Numbered from the stretch's first letter, positions 36,459 to 47,336 are shown. The stretch: DNA of 64,000 nucleotides from Candidatus Polarisedimenticolia bacterium (GCA_035764505.1 DASTZC010000281.1:326-64325), one strand, 5' to 3'. Translations and numbers: made by a program. Notes: generated from the letters alone by a model not told the origin.

Positions 36459-37456
36459 GCACCCCGGCGCTCAGCATCGTCGTTCCGACCTACAACCGCC
36501 GCGAGCTTCTCTCCCGGACGCTGCCGGCTCTGCTTCAGCGGGCTCGTGAAGAGGGGCCGGCCGAGGTAATCGTCGTGGTGGACGGATCCGCCGACGGGAC
36601 TCTCGAGATCCTCGCGGGATACGTTCATGATCCCGGTCTTCAAGTGATTTTCCAGGAAAATCGCGGATTGGCCGCGGCGCGCAACCGCGGCACGGCGGCC
36701 GCCGCCGCCGAGGCGGTGCTCTTCCTGGACGACGACATGCTGCTCGACGAGGGCGCCTTGGCGCAGCACCGCGCGGCGCATGCCCCCGAAGGGGAGCGGG
36801 TGGTCTTTGGATCCCTGGGCCTGGCGCCCGGCCCCCGCAGGTCCTTCCTGAAGGAAGGGGTCGAGGTCTGGGGAGAACAGGTGCGCGAGCGGCTGTCGGC
36901 ACCGGGCTATCGCTTCCGCTTCGACGATTGCCATTTCGGCCATGCCTCGGTATCGCGCTCCCTGCTGCGCTCCCGCGGTGGCTTCGACGAGACCTACGTG
37001 AAGTTCGGCAACGAAGACTACGACCTGGGCTGGCGACTGATCCAGGCGAGCGCGGAGATGCGCTTTCTCCCAGAGGCCGTGGCCCGCCAGATCTACGACA
37101 AGGATATGCCTCGCTGGCTGCGGGACTGCCAGTGCGTCGGCGAGGCCGATCAGGTCCTGGCCGCCAAGCATCCCCTCCTGAGGAGCCACCTGCGCCTGTC
37201 GGCGCTGCCGGAGCATCCGCTGCGCCGCCTGGCGCGTCGCAGCGGCCTGTCCGCCGCGGATCCCCTGGCGCCCCTGTGGGCGCTGCTCGAGTCGTCATTG
37301 TCGCGCCTCGAGAGAAGGGGCGCGCGCGGCCGCTGGCTGGGGATGGCCCAGTCCCTGGTGGGGGAGCGCCGTTACTGGATGGGAGTCCGGAGCCGCTCCG
37401 GAGAGATGCCCAGCGTCGCCTCTTCCCGCCAGGCGCGCAGCCGGAGCGTCGCATGA
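36455..37456 (+). CDS. GT2 glycosyltransferase
   Basis: LSIVVPTYNR...VVVDGSADGT...LDDDM are present. ATGA overlap. The longer ORF from 36389 is rejected. Confidence 0.75.
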   Translation: MSTPALSIVVPTYNRRELLSRTLPALLQRAREEGPAEVIVVVDGSADGTLEILAGYVHDPGLQVIFQENRGLAAARNRGTAAAAAEAVLFLDDDMLLDEGALAQHRAAHAPEGERVVFGSLGLAPGPRRSFLKEGVEVWGEQVRERLSAPGYRFRFDDCHFGHASVSRSLLRSRGGFDETYVKFGNEDYDLGWRLIQASAEMRFLPEAVARQIYDKDMPRWLRDCQCVGEADQVLAAKHPLLRSHLRLSALPEHPLRRLARRSGLSAADPLAPLWALLESSLSRLERRGARGRWLGMAQSLVGERRYWMGVRSRSGEMPSVASSRQARSRSVA

Positions 37457-38370
37457 GCCGCGCGCGCATCTCGGTGCTCATCGCCACGGCCGACCGCCCC
37501 GAGCTGATGGAGGATTGCCTGGCGCACGTGGCCCGGGCCGCCACGAGTGCCGACGAGATCATCGTCCTGGATCAGAGCCGCGATGCCGTGTCGATTCTGC
37601 GGCTGCCGGATGACACGGGCCCGGTGCTGCGCCATCTGCGCTGTCCGCGGCGCGGCAAGAGCGCGGCGCTGAACGTCGGCGTGGCGGAGGCGTGCGGCTC
37701 CCTGCTGGCCTTCACCGACGACGACTGCCGGGTTGCCCCCGACTGGCTCGAGGTGATGCACCATGCCTTCGCGCGATCCGGGGCAGGGGTGGCGCTGACC
37801 GGACGAGTGCTCGCCGGAGAGGCCGAGCCGGGAGCGGTGCGCGCCCCGTCTCTGCGCGAGGATTCCGAGGCGCGCGAGTACCGCAGCCCCCTCTACCGCG
37901 ACGTGCTTTTCGGCAACAACATGGCGCTGCCGGCCGAGGCGCTGCGCCGGGTCGGCAGGTTCGACGAATCGCTGGGACCTGGGACCCGCTTCCCCGCGGC
38001 CGAGGACAACGACCTCGGCTATCGCCTCTTGAGGGCCGGGATCCCGATCCACTACCTGCCGGGAATGACGGTGCGGCACCGATCCTGGAGGGGCGCGTCG
38101 CAGCAGGTCGACCTGTTCCGGGCCTACGGGGTGGGGCAGGGGGCGTTCTACGGCAAGCATGCCCGCGCCGGCGACTGGCACATGCTCGGCCGGATGGCCA
38201 AGAACCTGTGGGATGGCTGCCGCGACGCGGGCGGCGCGGCCATTCTCGGGCGCGCTTATGACTTCCGGGCTTCGATCTCATTCTCGAAAGGACTGCTGCA
38301 AGGCTTTTTCGGAGCGGCCGTGCGCGGGGGGAACGGCCGGACCGCGGCGCTGCAGACGGAGAAGCCGTGA
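37453..38370 (+). CDS. GT2 glycosyltransferase
   Basis: ISVLIATADRP...FTDDDCRV are present. ATGA overlap. Confidence 0.75.
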   Translation: MSRARISVLIATADRPELMEDCLAHVARAATSADEIIVLDQSRDAVSILRLPDDTGPVLRHLRCPRRGKSAALNVGVAEACGSLLAFTDDDCRVAPDWLEVMHHAFARSGAGVALTGRVLAGEAEPGAVRAPSLREDSEAREYRSPLYRDVLFGNNMALPAEALRRVGRFDESLGPGTRFPAAEDNDLGYRLLRAGIPIHYLPGMTVRHRSWRGASQQVDLFRAYGVGQGAFYGKHARAGDWHMLGRMAKNLWDGCRDAGGAAILGRAYDFRASISFSKGLLQGFFGAAVRGGNGRTAALQTEKP

Positions 38371-39170
38371 GCCCGGAGGGAGTCGAGGCGGAGGCCTCGA
38401 CTCGAGCGCGCGAGGCGCGCCGCGTGGTGCGGCGAATCGCGCATCCCAAGATCTGGCAGTACGACTACTTGATGCTGCGGGAAATCGTCGCGGGTCTGCG
38501 GCGCCAGGCCGGGGCGCTGAACGGCGGCGGGAATCTGGAGATTCTGGACGTGGGATGCAAATACCAGCCGTACCGGGAGCTGTTCGAGGCGCGGGCGGCG
38601 AGCTACGTGGGCGTCGATCTGGCCCCTTTCCACGGGGTCGGAGTGCGCGGCGACGCCCTGGCGCTCCCTTTTCGCTCCGATGCCTTCGACCTGGTGGTCT
38701 GCACCCAGGCTTTCTACCTGATGACCGATTTCCGCCGCGCCTTGTCGGAGCTGGTGCGGGTGACCCGCTCGGGCGGCAGGATTCTCCTGACCACGATCGG
38801 CATCTGGCCCTATCCGCCGGCGGTGAGGCTGCACCGCTGGAGCCGGCGCGAGCTGGAGGAGGCGCTGGCGGAGTTCGGGGAGACGCGCGTGGAAGAGAGC
38901 GGCGGATTGCTGCAGCTGGTGCCGCAGCTGGCCAACGCTCTGCTCGCCATGGGAGTGGAAGGGCCGCTGGTGCAGCGGCACCCGCGCGGCGGACGGCTGC
39001 TGGCGCTGCCTCTGAAGGGGCTCTACCTGTCGGTGAACGTCCTCGGGATGGCCGCGTCGCGGATGATCCGCGCCGCTGCCCGTGCGGGGCTCGGGACGGC
39101 GCGCTCGATGCAGGATGTCGACACGCACCTCGCCATCAACTATCTGGCCGTGCTGCGGCCGCGGAAGTGA
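38367..39170 (+). CDS. Class I SAM-dependent methyltransferase
   Basis: LEILDVGCKYQPY (motif I) ... GGRILL is present. GTGA overlap. Confidence 0.7.
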   Translation: MSPEGVEAEASTRAREARRVVRRIAHPKIWQYDYLMLREIVAGLRRQAGALNGGGNLEILDVGCKYQPYRELFEARAASYVGVDLAPFHGVGVRGDALALPFRSDAFDLVVCTQAFYLMTDFRRALSELVRVTRSGGRILLTTIGIWPYPPAVRLHRWSRRELEEALAEFGETRVEESGGLLQLVPQLANALLAMGVEGPLVQRHPRGGRLLALPLKGLYLSVNVLGMAASRMIRAAARAGLGTARSMQDVDTHLAINYLAVLRPRK

Positions 39171-39181
39171 GGGACTGAGAA

Positions 39182-40282
39182 ATGTCGTACGAGTTGGGAG
39201 CGCGGCTCAAGGAGATCCTGCTGCGGACGGCTCCGGCCTTCATGGCGGACCGCTGGCAGGCCCCGCGAGTCCTCACCTTCATGATGACCTACCGCTGCAA
39301 CCTGCGCTGCACCATGTGCTGGCAATGGGGCGAGCAGGGTCTGTTCCACGAGATGCCGCGCGAGCACGAGCTGCAGCAGCTGGATCTCGCCACGCTGCGC
39401 GCGGTGGTGGATGATGTCGCCGCGGAAGGTACGGGAGTCTTCCTGTGGGGCGGCGAGCCCTTCCTGCACCGCGACCTCCTCCCCTTCGTCGAGCACGTCA
39501 AGTCCCTGGGAATGTACTGCAGCATCAACACCAACGGAACCTACCTGCCGCGCGACGCCCGCCGGCTGGTGGATCTGGGGGTGGACGCCATCATGGTGTC
39601 GGTGGACGGCCCGCGCGAGGTGCACGACCGGATCCGCGGCATGGACGGCTCGTTCCAGAAGATTGCCGACGGTTTGAAGGCGGTGCGCGCGGCGCGCAAC
39701 GGCGGCGCCAAGCCGGAGATCGTCGTCAACACCACCGTCTCCCCCGGCAACCAGGATGTTCTCTTGAAGACCTACGAGACCGTGGAGGCCCTGGGCGCAG
39801 ATCGGATGATTCTTTCGCAGCTCTGGTTCACCACCGAGGAGATCGGCCGAGCCAACGAGGCCTACTTCCGCGAGAAATTCAGCGCCCACGCCGGGTCATG
39901 GAAAGGCTTCGTGATGGACGTGTCGAGTCTCGACCCCGATCTCATCGGTTCGCAGATGCGCGAGATGGCGCGCCGTGACAAGTCGCTCCCCCTGAGCTTC
40001 CTCCCGGACCTGCATCCCGGACAGATCGCGGCCTATTACCGTAAGCCATCCGAGGCCTTCGGCAAGACGCGCTGCCTGGTCCCGTGGCTGGAGGCCGAGA
40101 TTCTGCCGAACGGGGACGTTACGCCCTGCTCCGATCGGCCCGATCTGATCATGGGCAACGTCCGCCGGCAGCGCTTCGGTGAAATATGGAACAACGAGCC
40201 CTACCAGACCTTCCGCCGCGCCATGCGGGAGGACGGGCTTTTCCCTTACTGCTCCCGCTGCTGCGGGCTCTGGTCTCATTGA
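39182..40282 (+). CDS. Radical SAM protein with C-terminal SPASM/twitch auxiliary cluster domain
   Basis: CNLRCTMC (Cx3Cx2C) is about 45 residues from the N-terminus, and the C-terminal Cys cluster (CLVPW...C...CSRCCG) is present. The protein is 366 aa. Confidence 0.8.
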   Translation: MSYELGARLKEILLRTAPAFMADRWQAPRVLTFMMTYRCNLRCTMCWQWGEQGLFHEMPREHELQQLDLATLRAVVDDVAAEGTGVFLWGGEPFLHRDLLPFVEHVKSLGMYCSINTNGTYLPRDARRLVDLGVDAIMVSVDGPREVHDRIRGMDGSFQKIADGLKAVRAARNGGAKPEIVVNTTVSPGNQDVLLKTYETVEALGADRMILSQLWFTTEEIGRANEAYFREKFSAHAGSWKGFVMDVSSLDPDLIGSQMREMARRDKSLPLSFLPDLHPGQIAAYYRKPSEAFGKTRCLVPWLEAEILPNGDVTPCSDRPDLIMGNVRRQRFGEIWNNEPYQTFRRAMREDGLFPYCSRCCGLWSH

Positions 40283-40292
40283 GGTCGTCGTG

Positions 40293-41210
40293 ATGCGCTC
40301 CATATCGGTCCTCATCTGCACCCGCGATCGCAGCGCCATGCTGGAAGAGTGCCTGCGTTCGGTGCTGGCCTGCGCGCCGGGGGCCACCGAGATCGTGGTG
40401 GTGGACCAGAGCGCCGATGAGACGACCCGGCTGGCGGTCTGCCGACAGCAGGGAGGCAAGGTGCCGGTGCGCTACCTGCGCAGCCGGGGCAAGGGGCTGT
40501 CGCACGCGAAGAACCAGGGAATTGCCGATTGCACCTCCGACATCGTCGCCTTCACCGACGATGACTGCCGGGTCGATGCGGGCTGGCTCGGAGCGATCAC
40601 CGGCCCGATTGCCGCCGGCACGGCGGGCGCCGTCGCCGGCCGGACCCTGCCGGAGCCCGGGAGCGACGGAGGCGAGGAGACCCGCTCGATGTACGCGCCG
40701 CCGCAGGCCCGCTCCTTTTCGGCCCGGACGCATCCCTGGCGGGTCGGCGGGGGAGGAAATTTCGCGGTGCTGCGCGAGGCGATGCGCCGCGTCGGACCGT
40801 TCGACGAGCGCTTCGGCCCCGGCGCCCCCCTCGAGAGCGCCGAGGATATGGACATGGTGCATCGCCTGCTGCGCGCCGGCTTCCGTATCGTCTACGTCCC
40901 CGAAGCGGTGGTGCAGCACCGCTCCTGGCGGGCTCCGGTGGAGAACCGCCGCCTGGCCCGCCGCTACGGCGTGGGCGCGGGCGGCTATTTCGCCAAGCAT
41001 TTCGTCGCGGGCGATTTGATCAGCGGATGGCGCTTCGTGCAGCGCGCCGGAGTGCGCAGCCTGTCGCTCGCTTCGGGAGCGCTGCGCGGCGACGGCCGGA
41101 AGATGGAAGAACAGCTCGAGTATTTGAAGGGCCTTTTCCAGGGGGGCGCGCGTTACTTCGCATGTATCTCCGCCGGAATGGCGGGACTCGAGAAAGGACG
41201 GGCCCGATGA
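40293..41210 (+). CDS. GT2 glycosyltransferase
   Basis: ISVLICTRDR...VVDQSADE...FTDDDCRV are present. Confidence 0.75.
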   Translation: MRSISVLICTRDRSAMLEECLRSVLACAPGATEIVVVDQSADETTRLAVCRQQGGKVPVRYLRSRGKGLSHAKNQGIADCTSDIVAFTDDDCRVDAGWLGAITGPIAAGTAGAVAGRTLPEPGSDGGEETRSMYAPPQARSFSARTHPWRVGGGGNFAVLREAMRRVGPFDERFGPGAPLESAEDMDMVHRLLRAGFRIVYVPEAVVQHRSWRAPVENRRLARRYGVGAGGYFAKHFVAGDLISGWRFVQRAGVRSLSLASGALRGDGRKMEEQLEYLKGLFQGGARYFACISAGMAGLEKGRAR

Positions 41211-42691
41211 CGCGCCGCATCGGGGAGATGGAAGTGAGAACGCTGGTCGGGGTCCTGGTCGGCTCCGCGGTGGCCGTGTTCATCCTGGCGGCTGCCTTCG
41301 GACTGTTCAATCCTCAAGATACCTCGCAGCCCGAGGGAGCGGTGGTCGCCGCAGCTCTGCGGGTGGCGCATGGCGAGCCCCTGTTCCTGAACATCCACAA
41401 GGGACCTTACGTGACCGCCATGTACGGGCCGGTGCTCTATCTGGCGCTGGGGGCGATGACCCGGCTTTTCGGGGCCGGCGTCGACGGGGCTTACCTGCTG
41501 GGCCGGATCCTGGCCCTCGCATCGGCCGTCGCGAGCGCGCTGATCCTGATCCGCCTGGCGCGGCATGCCGGGGCCGATCGTTTCGGAGCGCGAGTGGCCG
41601 GCGCGCTGTTCCTCGCCTCTCCCATCATCCTGCCGGTGGCCTATTCATCGCGCAGCGACGTGCCCGCCGTGGCGCTCTCGCTTCTCGGGATGCTGATCTA
41701 CACGTTGCACGCCGATTCCCCCCGCCGGTACTGGGCGATTCTGCCGCTGGTGGCGGCCGCCTTCACCAAGCAGACCGCCCTGGCGGCGACGCTGGCAATC
41801 GCGCTGCATCTGATCTGGGAGAAGAAGCCCGGGAAGGCCATCCTCTTTATAGGGGCCGTCGCGGTTCCCTGCCTGGCCATCCTGCTGGGCCTGGATCGGC
41901 TCACCGGGGGGCTGGCCACGATGAACCTCTTCGAGGTTCCCGGCTCCTCGCCACTGAGCTTCATCAGCCGGCCGCTGGGGGGGTTGGCGATGTTCCTGGC
42001 GCTCGCCGCCCTGCCGCTGATCCTGGCGGCGCCGGCAATTCTGTCGGGACCGGATCCGAAGCTGCGTCTTCCGGCCTGCTACCTGCTGGTCTCCGTGGCC
42101 GTCTCCATGGCCGCCTCCACCAAGCTGGGGAGCGACACCTATTACTTCATGGAGCCGCTGGCCGCCGCTCTGATTCTCGCCGGAGCGGGGTTGGCGCGAC
42201 TCGCCGGGCGCGAAGGTGCCACACTGCAGCAGGCGCCGGCCGCCCTGCTGGCGGGGCTGTTCTGCGTCGGCATCGCCTCTTCGGTCGGGATGACCGGGAG
42301 GATGGCCGAGTTCCGCTATCGCCCCAACCAGGATGCGGTGCGCATCGCCGCCGAGGCACCGGGCGACGTCCTGATCGAGGACGAGAACGTGGCCCTCAAG
42401 TGCGGCAAGCCGCTCACCATCATGGATCCCTTCGCCTTCGCCTACATGGAGAAGCGAGGCCGGTGGGATCCGGGGCCCCTGAACCGGCGGATCCTGGCGC
42501 GCGAGTTCGGAGCGATCCTGCTGCGCTCGCCGCTCGAGCACCCCAGCCATTACCAGGGAGAGAACTACTGGGCACCCACCACGCTCGAGGCGATGGACCG
42601 CGCCTACCGCATGGATCGGATCGTGGACGGCTTGTTCGTCTACCGGCCGCGGGCCGAGCTGGCAGCGAGTGCCGCGGGAGGGCGCTCATGA
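41207..42691 (+). CDS. GT-C fold membrane glycosyltransferase (PMT_2/ArnT-like)
   Basis: It has about 12 TM segments and a first-loop acidic motif, and it resembles the 42688, 44358 and 58813 proteins. ATGA overlap. Confidence 0.55.
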   Translation: MTRRIGEMEVRTLVGVLVGSAVAVFILAAAFGLFNPQDTSQPEGAVVAAALRVAHGEPLFLNIHKGPYVTAMYGPVLYLALGAMTRLFGAGVDGAYLLGRILALASAVASALILIRLARHAGADRFGARVAGALFLASPIILPVAYSSRSDVPAVALSLLGMLIYTLHADSPRRYWAILPLVAAAFTKQTALAATLAIALHLIWEKKPGKAILFIGAVAVPCLAILLGLDRLTGGLATMNLFEVPGSSPLSFISRPLGGLAMFLALAALPLILAAPAILSGPDPKLRLPACYLLVSVAVSMAASTKLGSDTYYFMEPLAAALILAGAGLARLAGREGATLQQAPAALLAGLFCVGIASSVGMTGRMAEFRYRPNQDAVRIAAEAPGDVLIEDENVALKCGKPLTIMDPFAFAYMEKRGRWDPGPLNRRILAREFGAILLRSPLEHPSHYQGENYWAPTTLEAMDRAYRMDRIVDGLFVYRPRAELAASAAGGRS

Positions 42692-44361
42692 GCGTGCGGG
42701 GTGCTCTGGGAGAGATGTCGATTCTGCCGCTGCGCGCCGCCGCCGACCGGGCCCTGCCGGGATGGTCGGCGCGCCACGAGATCCTTGCGCTGGTGCTGGC
42801 GCTCGCCGCCTTCGCCGCGGCGCTCGCGCCCGCCCTGAGGGAATCGGGGACGCCGCCCGGCTGGGATCCCGCGAATCATCTGCGCGACAGCCTGGTCGTC
42901 GAGCGGATCCTGACCCATCCGGGGACCGTGAGCCTGCCCGTTGTGCGCGCCATCCTGCACGGCTCCGAGGACTACCCGCTGATCACGCCGACCGGCTACT
43001 ACCCTCCGCTGGTCCCCGCCGTGACGGCCTTGCTCTATCTCGCGGCGGGCCACAGCTACGAGACGGCGATGGCGACGAACCTGCTCTTCCTCGGAGTGCT
43101 CGCCTTCGCGGTGTGGGGGCTGGGCAACGCGCTGGCGCCGCGGCCCGCCGGATTGCTGGCGGCCCTGCTGGTGCTGGCCGCGCCCGGCATCCGCTCCAAC
43201 GCCCGGGAGTACATGCTCGATCTGCCGCTGGCGGCGCTGGTGATCCTGGCGGTCTGGGCCCTGCTGAAGACACGCGGCTTTGCCGATCGCCGCTGGAGCC
43301 TTTTCTTCGGAGCGCTGTGCGGTACCGGCATGCTGGCCAAGTGGAGCTTCTTCTTGTTCCTGGCGCCCCCGATGACCTGGGCCGTTGCGCGCAGCTGGGT
43401 TGCGGACGGCAGGGAAGCCTCGCCGCGGCGCCGGGCGGCCAACCTGGGGTTGGCGCTGCTCGTCGGGGCGGCGCTCGTCGCACCGTATTACCTGCCGATC
43501 CTGCCAATCCTGGCTCGCAAGACCTGGGTGCACGCGGGGGGCGCCGCCGATGGCTTCGAGTCTCCCTTCACCCTCTTCTCGGTGCGCTACCACCTCGAGG
43601 CGCTGCCGAGAAGGCTGATGGGGTGGCCCCTCACGCTGGCGACCGCCGCCGGGATCGCAGCGGGTCTGTGGCGCGGCACGGCGCGGCGATCGATCGGGCT
43701 GCTGCTGGGCTGGGCGGCGGTCCTCTACGTCGTTTTCACCTTCGGCGTCGCCAACAAGCAATCACGCTACCTGCTCCCCTGGATCCCGGTGCTCCTGCTG
43801 GCCGCCTCCATCGGCCTGGCCGATCTCTGGCGGCGCGCCGCCTCCCGGCACGTCGCGGTCACGGGCGCGGCCGCCGTGCTGCTGCTGATGCCGGCGGCGG
43901 GTCTGCGCGGCGGATGGGAGGCCGGCGGTAGCGGCGACTGGAAAATGGCGGCGCTGACCGGGGCGATCGAGAAGGATCTCTCCGAGCACAAGGCGTCGGA
44001 TCGCGTCCGCAAGGTCGGAGTGGTGGCCGACATGCAGTCGGTCAACGGCCCGACGGTCGCCTACTTCACGGCGCGCCGCGGTCTGCCGGTCACCGTCGTA
44101 CAGCTGGTGAACCGGATGAAATCGCATGTCGCCATGGAAGTCGGGCTGGACCCTTTCGGGCGTCCCGACTTCTACCAGTCCTTCACGGAGTACGACTACC
44201 TGGTCACCAAGACCGGCGACAGCGCGGTGCCGCCGTGGGAAGGGGTGGTGCCCGAGATGATGCGCTACGTCGAGAGCCGCAGAAGCGAGCTGGACGAGAT
44301 CGCCACTTTTGCGGTTCCCGACGGATCGATCGTGTCGCTGTACGGGAGGAAGGACCGATGA
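42688..44361 (+). CDS. GT-C fold membrane glycosyltransferase (PMT_2/ArnT-like)
   Basis: HGSEDYPLITPTGYYPP is followed by multiple TM segments and a C-terminal soluble domain. ATGA overlap. Confidence 0.55.
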   Translation: MSVRGALGEMSILPLRAAADRALPGWSARHEILALVLALAAFAAALAPALRESGTPPGWDPANHLRDSLVVERILTHPGTVSLPVVRAILHGSEDYPLITPTGYYPPLVPAVTALLYLAAGHSYETAMATNLLFLGVLAFAVWGLGNALAPRPAGLLAALLVLAAPGIRSNAREYMLDLPLAALVILAVWALLKTRGFADRRWSLFFGALCGTGMLAKWSFFLFLAPPMTWAVARSWVADGREASPRRRAANLGLALLVGAALVAPYYLPILPILARKTWVHAGGAADGFESPFTLFSVRYHLEALPRRLMGWPLTLATAAGIAAGLWRGTARRSIGLLLGWAAVLYVVFTFGVANKQSRYLLPWIPVLLLAASIGLADLWRRAASRHVAVTGAAAVLLLMPAAGLRGGWEAGGSGDWKMAALTGAIEKDLSEHKASDRVRKVGVVADMQSVNGPTVAYFTARRGLPVTVVQLVNRMKSHVAMEVGLDPFGRPDFYQSFTEYDYLVTKTGDSAVPPWEGVVPEMMRYVESRRSELDEIATFAVPDGSIVSLYGRKDR

Positions 44362-46355
44362 GTCCGGTGCCCGTTCCGATGCGCGCCGAGGACGCGCTTC
44401 CCGTGGTAGAGCCGATGGGATCCCGCGGCCGTCACCTGCTCGCCGCCGCATTGGCCCTGACCGGGTTGTCTGCAGGATACCTGGCGATGCATCTCGAGCC
44501 GATGCTGGGCCGCTTCGACACGCTCACCTTCCTCCTGGCCGATCCGGCGGGACGGATGGAGCGGATCAAGCTGTCGATCCTGGCGTGCGGCGGGCTGCTG
44601 TCGCTGCTGGCGCTCGCCTCCTTGATCTCGGTCCGGCTCGCCGCGGCTGCCGCGGGCGTGGCGATGCTGGCCGCGGCAGCCCTGAGCCATCCGCTGGGCA
44701 GTCAGCTGCTCTCGCAGGAGAGAGGATTGGAGGAGAGCCTTCTGTATCGTCTGCGCGGACTGGCCGACATCTCTCTGGTCGCCGGGTTGTTCCTCCTCTT
44801 CCTGGCGGTGCTCCCGACCCTGCTCGCCGCGGAGCCGCGCAAGGTGGAGGGCGCGCTGCAGCGGTTCCTGGAATCGGCGCGCCGGATCTGGCGCTCGATG
44901 CGACCGGCGCGGCGGCGACTGCTGCTCGCCGCTCTGGTTTTCGCGACGGCGGTGATCCTGGGGCAGGTCGTGCTGCAGGACTTCCCCAACTCCTCGGATG
45001 AGAGCTCGTACCTGACACAGGCGCGCATCTTCGCCGACGGCCGGCTGTGGGTGCCGGCGCCGCCTCACCCGGAGTTCTTCCGCGCCCGCAGCTTCGTGAT
45101 GGATGTCGAGCATGGACGCTTCTTCGCCAAGGCATTTCCCGGCTGGTCGGCGCTGCTGGCCATCTTCGTGAAGCTCGGAGTGCCGCAGATCCTCAACCCG
45201 CTCCTCGCCGCGCTGACCGTGGCGCTGTTCGGCTGGCTGGCGGCCCGGCTCCTGGGACCGCGGAGCGAGGCTTTGGCCCTCTCGCTCCTGGCGGCAGCAC
45301 CCTTCTTCCTGTTCAACGCCGCATCGTATTTCAACCACCCTCTCACCCTTCTGCTGGTCACCGCCTTTCTCGCCGCGGTGTGGAGGGTGGAGGAGACCGG
45401 CTCGGCGCGCTGGACGGCGGCGGCCTCGGCGGCGGCCGCCGCGGCGCTGACGGTACGGCCCGCATCGGCCCTGCTCCTCACCGGGCCTTTCGTGATCTAT
45501 CTGGCCTGGCGGTTCATGACCGCGCGGCGCGGGGCGCACCTGGCGGCGCTGGTGATGCCGCTGGCGGCTTCCGTGGCGCTGCTGGCCTTCTTCAATGGGA
45601 CGCTGTATGGCTCGGCCTGGCGATCCGGATATCAGGCCTACGATCCCGGCGACATCCAGGCCGGGCTCGGCCCCGGGAATCTGATGGTGACGGCCTGGTG
45701 GCTGGTCAAGCTGATGCTCTGGGTCGTCCCGGGGAGCCTCGTGGGGATCGCTTTCCTCGCGAGCGGACGGGCGGGGGAGCGCGCGACGCCGCGCCGGCGG
45801 ATTCTGACTCTGGCGGCCATCGCCTTCGTCCTGGATGCGGTGGGACACCTCATCTTCCAGAACAAGGGGAGCAACGAGTATGGTCCGCGCTACTACCTCG
45901 ACGGCTTCGTCTACCTCGTCCTGCTGGCGACCGCGGGATGGCAGAAGTGGCTGGCCCAGCGGCGCGGCGAGGAAGGGGAACGCGCCCGGCGCGGCCTGGT
46001 CCTGTCCGGCGCCGCGGCGCTCGCCCTGACCTTCGGGCTGACCCTGCCGCTGCTGGCCTACCACTATCGCGACAAAGTAGCCCACAACCGCGACCTGTAC
46101 GCCACGGTGCGGGCGACCGGATTGAAATCGGCCCTCGTCTTCCTGCAGACCGGCAGCGGCCGCATGCCGCCGGGCGATCTGGTGCGCAACCCGCTCGATT
46201 TCCGCACCGGGATCGTCTACGCGCGCGATCTGGGCCAGGAGAGCCGGCGTCAGCTGCAGGCCCTTTATCCCGACCGCCCGGCCCTGGTCTATTCGTACGA
46301 TCCGTTCCGGCGGCGCTCCCATCTGGAGCTGCTGGAATCGGGAGGCACGCGATGA
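44358..46355 (+). CDS. GT-C fold membrane glycosyltransferase (PMT_2/ArnT-like), 665 aa
   Basis: DESSYLTQARIF (DE motif) is followed by more than 10 TM segments. ATGA overlap. Confidence 0.5.
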   Translation: MSPVPVPMRAEDALPVVEPMGSRGRHLLAAALALTGLSAGYLAMHLEPMLGRFDTLTFLLADPAGRMERIKLSILACGGLLSLLALASLISVRLAAAAAGVAMLAAAALSHPLGSQLLSQERGLEESLLYRLRGLADISLVAGLFLLFLAVLPTLLAAEPRKVEGALQRFLESARRIWRSMRPARRRLLLAALVFATAVILGQVVLQDFPNSSDESSYLTQARIFADGRLWVPAPPHPEFFRARSFVMDVEHGRFFAKAFPGWSALLAIFVKLGVPQILNPLLAALTVALFGWLAARLLGPRSEALALSLLAAAPFFLFNAASYFNHPLTLLLVTAFLAAVWRVEETGSARWTAAASAAAAAALTVRPASALLLTGPFVIYLAWRFMTARRGAHLAALVMPLAASVALLAFFNGTLYGSAWRSGYQAYDPGDIQAGLGPGNLMVTAWWLVKLMLWVVPGSLVGIAFLASGRAGERATPRRRILTLAAIAFVLDAVGHLIFQNKGSNEYGPRYYLDGFVYLVLLATAGWQKWLAQRRGEEGERARRGLVLSGAAALALTFGLTLPLLAYHYRDKVAHNRDLYATVRATGLKSALVFLQTGSGRMPPGDLVRNPLDFRTGIVYARDLGQESRRQLQALYPDRPALVYSYDPFRRRSHLELLESGGTR

Positions 46356-47302
46356 GGCTGCCGCTGAGCATTCTGGTTTGCACGCACAACCGTGCCGGCG
46401 TCCTGCGCGACGCGCTCGCCAGCCTGGAGGCGCAGACGCTGCCGCGGGATCGCTTCGAGGTCCTGGTGGTGGACAACGCCTCCACCGACGACACGCCGGA
46501 GGTTGTGGCCGGCTTCGCCCGCCGCGGGATACTCGATGTGCGCGTGTTCCGCGAGATGGAGCTGGGTCTCGACGCCGCCCGCAACCGGGGGGTGCGCGAG
46601 GCCAAGGGAGAGATCATCGCCTTTCTGGACGATGACGCGCGGGCACGTCCCGAGTGGGCCGCCGCCATCCTCGATGGCTTCGCCCGTCACGACGCGCCCA
46701 TCGTGGGGGGAAAGGTGGATCTGGTCTGGGAGGCGCCGCGGCCGATCTGGTTCAGCGACGTCCTGCTGCGCTACTTGATCCACTGCGACTATGGCACACA
46801 GGTCATCGAGATCGTCTCTCCGCCCTGGTTGTATGGGACCAACGTCGCGTTCCGGCGGGAGATCTTCCAGGAGATCGGCTTGTTCCGACTGGATCTGGAT
46901 CGCAAGGGGAGCTCACTCATGGGAGGCGGCGACACCGAGTTCTTCATCCGGGCGCGTGCCCGCGGCAAGCGCCTCCTCTACCTCCCGGAGCTGGTGGTCG
47001 ATCATCTGGTTCCCGCCAGCCGTCTGACCCGGGAGTTTTTTCGCGAGCGCCTGTTCTACTCCGGCTACACGCGCGCGGCGCACGGCACCGAATCGGTGCC
47101 GCGCCGGGCGGCGAATTGCCTGGTATTCGCGGCGGGGGGCCCCGCCTGCGCCGTCGCAGCGGGGGCGCTGCGGCTCGCGGGGCTCGCGCGGCAGAGCTTC
47201 GCCCAGGAGCGCCGTGCGCTCCTGGCCTGCGGCTATCTCTACTACTTCCTCCTCAAGGCCGGCGGCCGCGTCCCCCCGCCGCGCCTGGAGGCATGGACCT
47301 GA
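46352..47302 (+). CDS. GT2 glycosyltransferase
   Basis: LSILVCTHNR...VVDNASTDDT...LDDDA are present. ATGA overlap. Confidence 0.75.
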   Translation: MRLPLSILVCTHNRAGVLRDALASLEAQTLPRDRFEVLVVDNASTDDTPEVVAGFARRGILDVRVFREMELGLDAARNRGVREAKGEIIAFLDDDARARPEWAAAILDGFARHDAPIVGGKVDLVWEAPRPIWFSDVLLRYLIHCDYGTQVIEIVSPPWLYGTNVAFRREIFQEIGLFRLDLDRKGSSLMGGGDTEFFIRARARGKRLLYLPELVVDHLVPASRLTREFFRERLFYSGYTRAAHGTESVPRRAANCLVFAAGGPACAVAAGALRLAGLARQSFAQERRALLACGYLYYFLLKAGGRVPPPRLEAWT

Positions 47303-47336
47303 TGCGTCGTCTTCGAGCGCGAGGGAGTCGAACTTC

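Noticed and set aside
44265-47302. ORFs 44265..46322 (-, 685 aa) and 45047..47302 (+, 751 aa).
   Set aside because: They are alternative-frame or antisense to the GT-C (44358) and GT2 (46352) genes. Their products have no domains.
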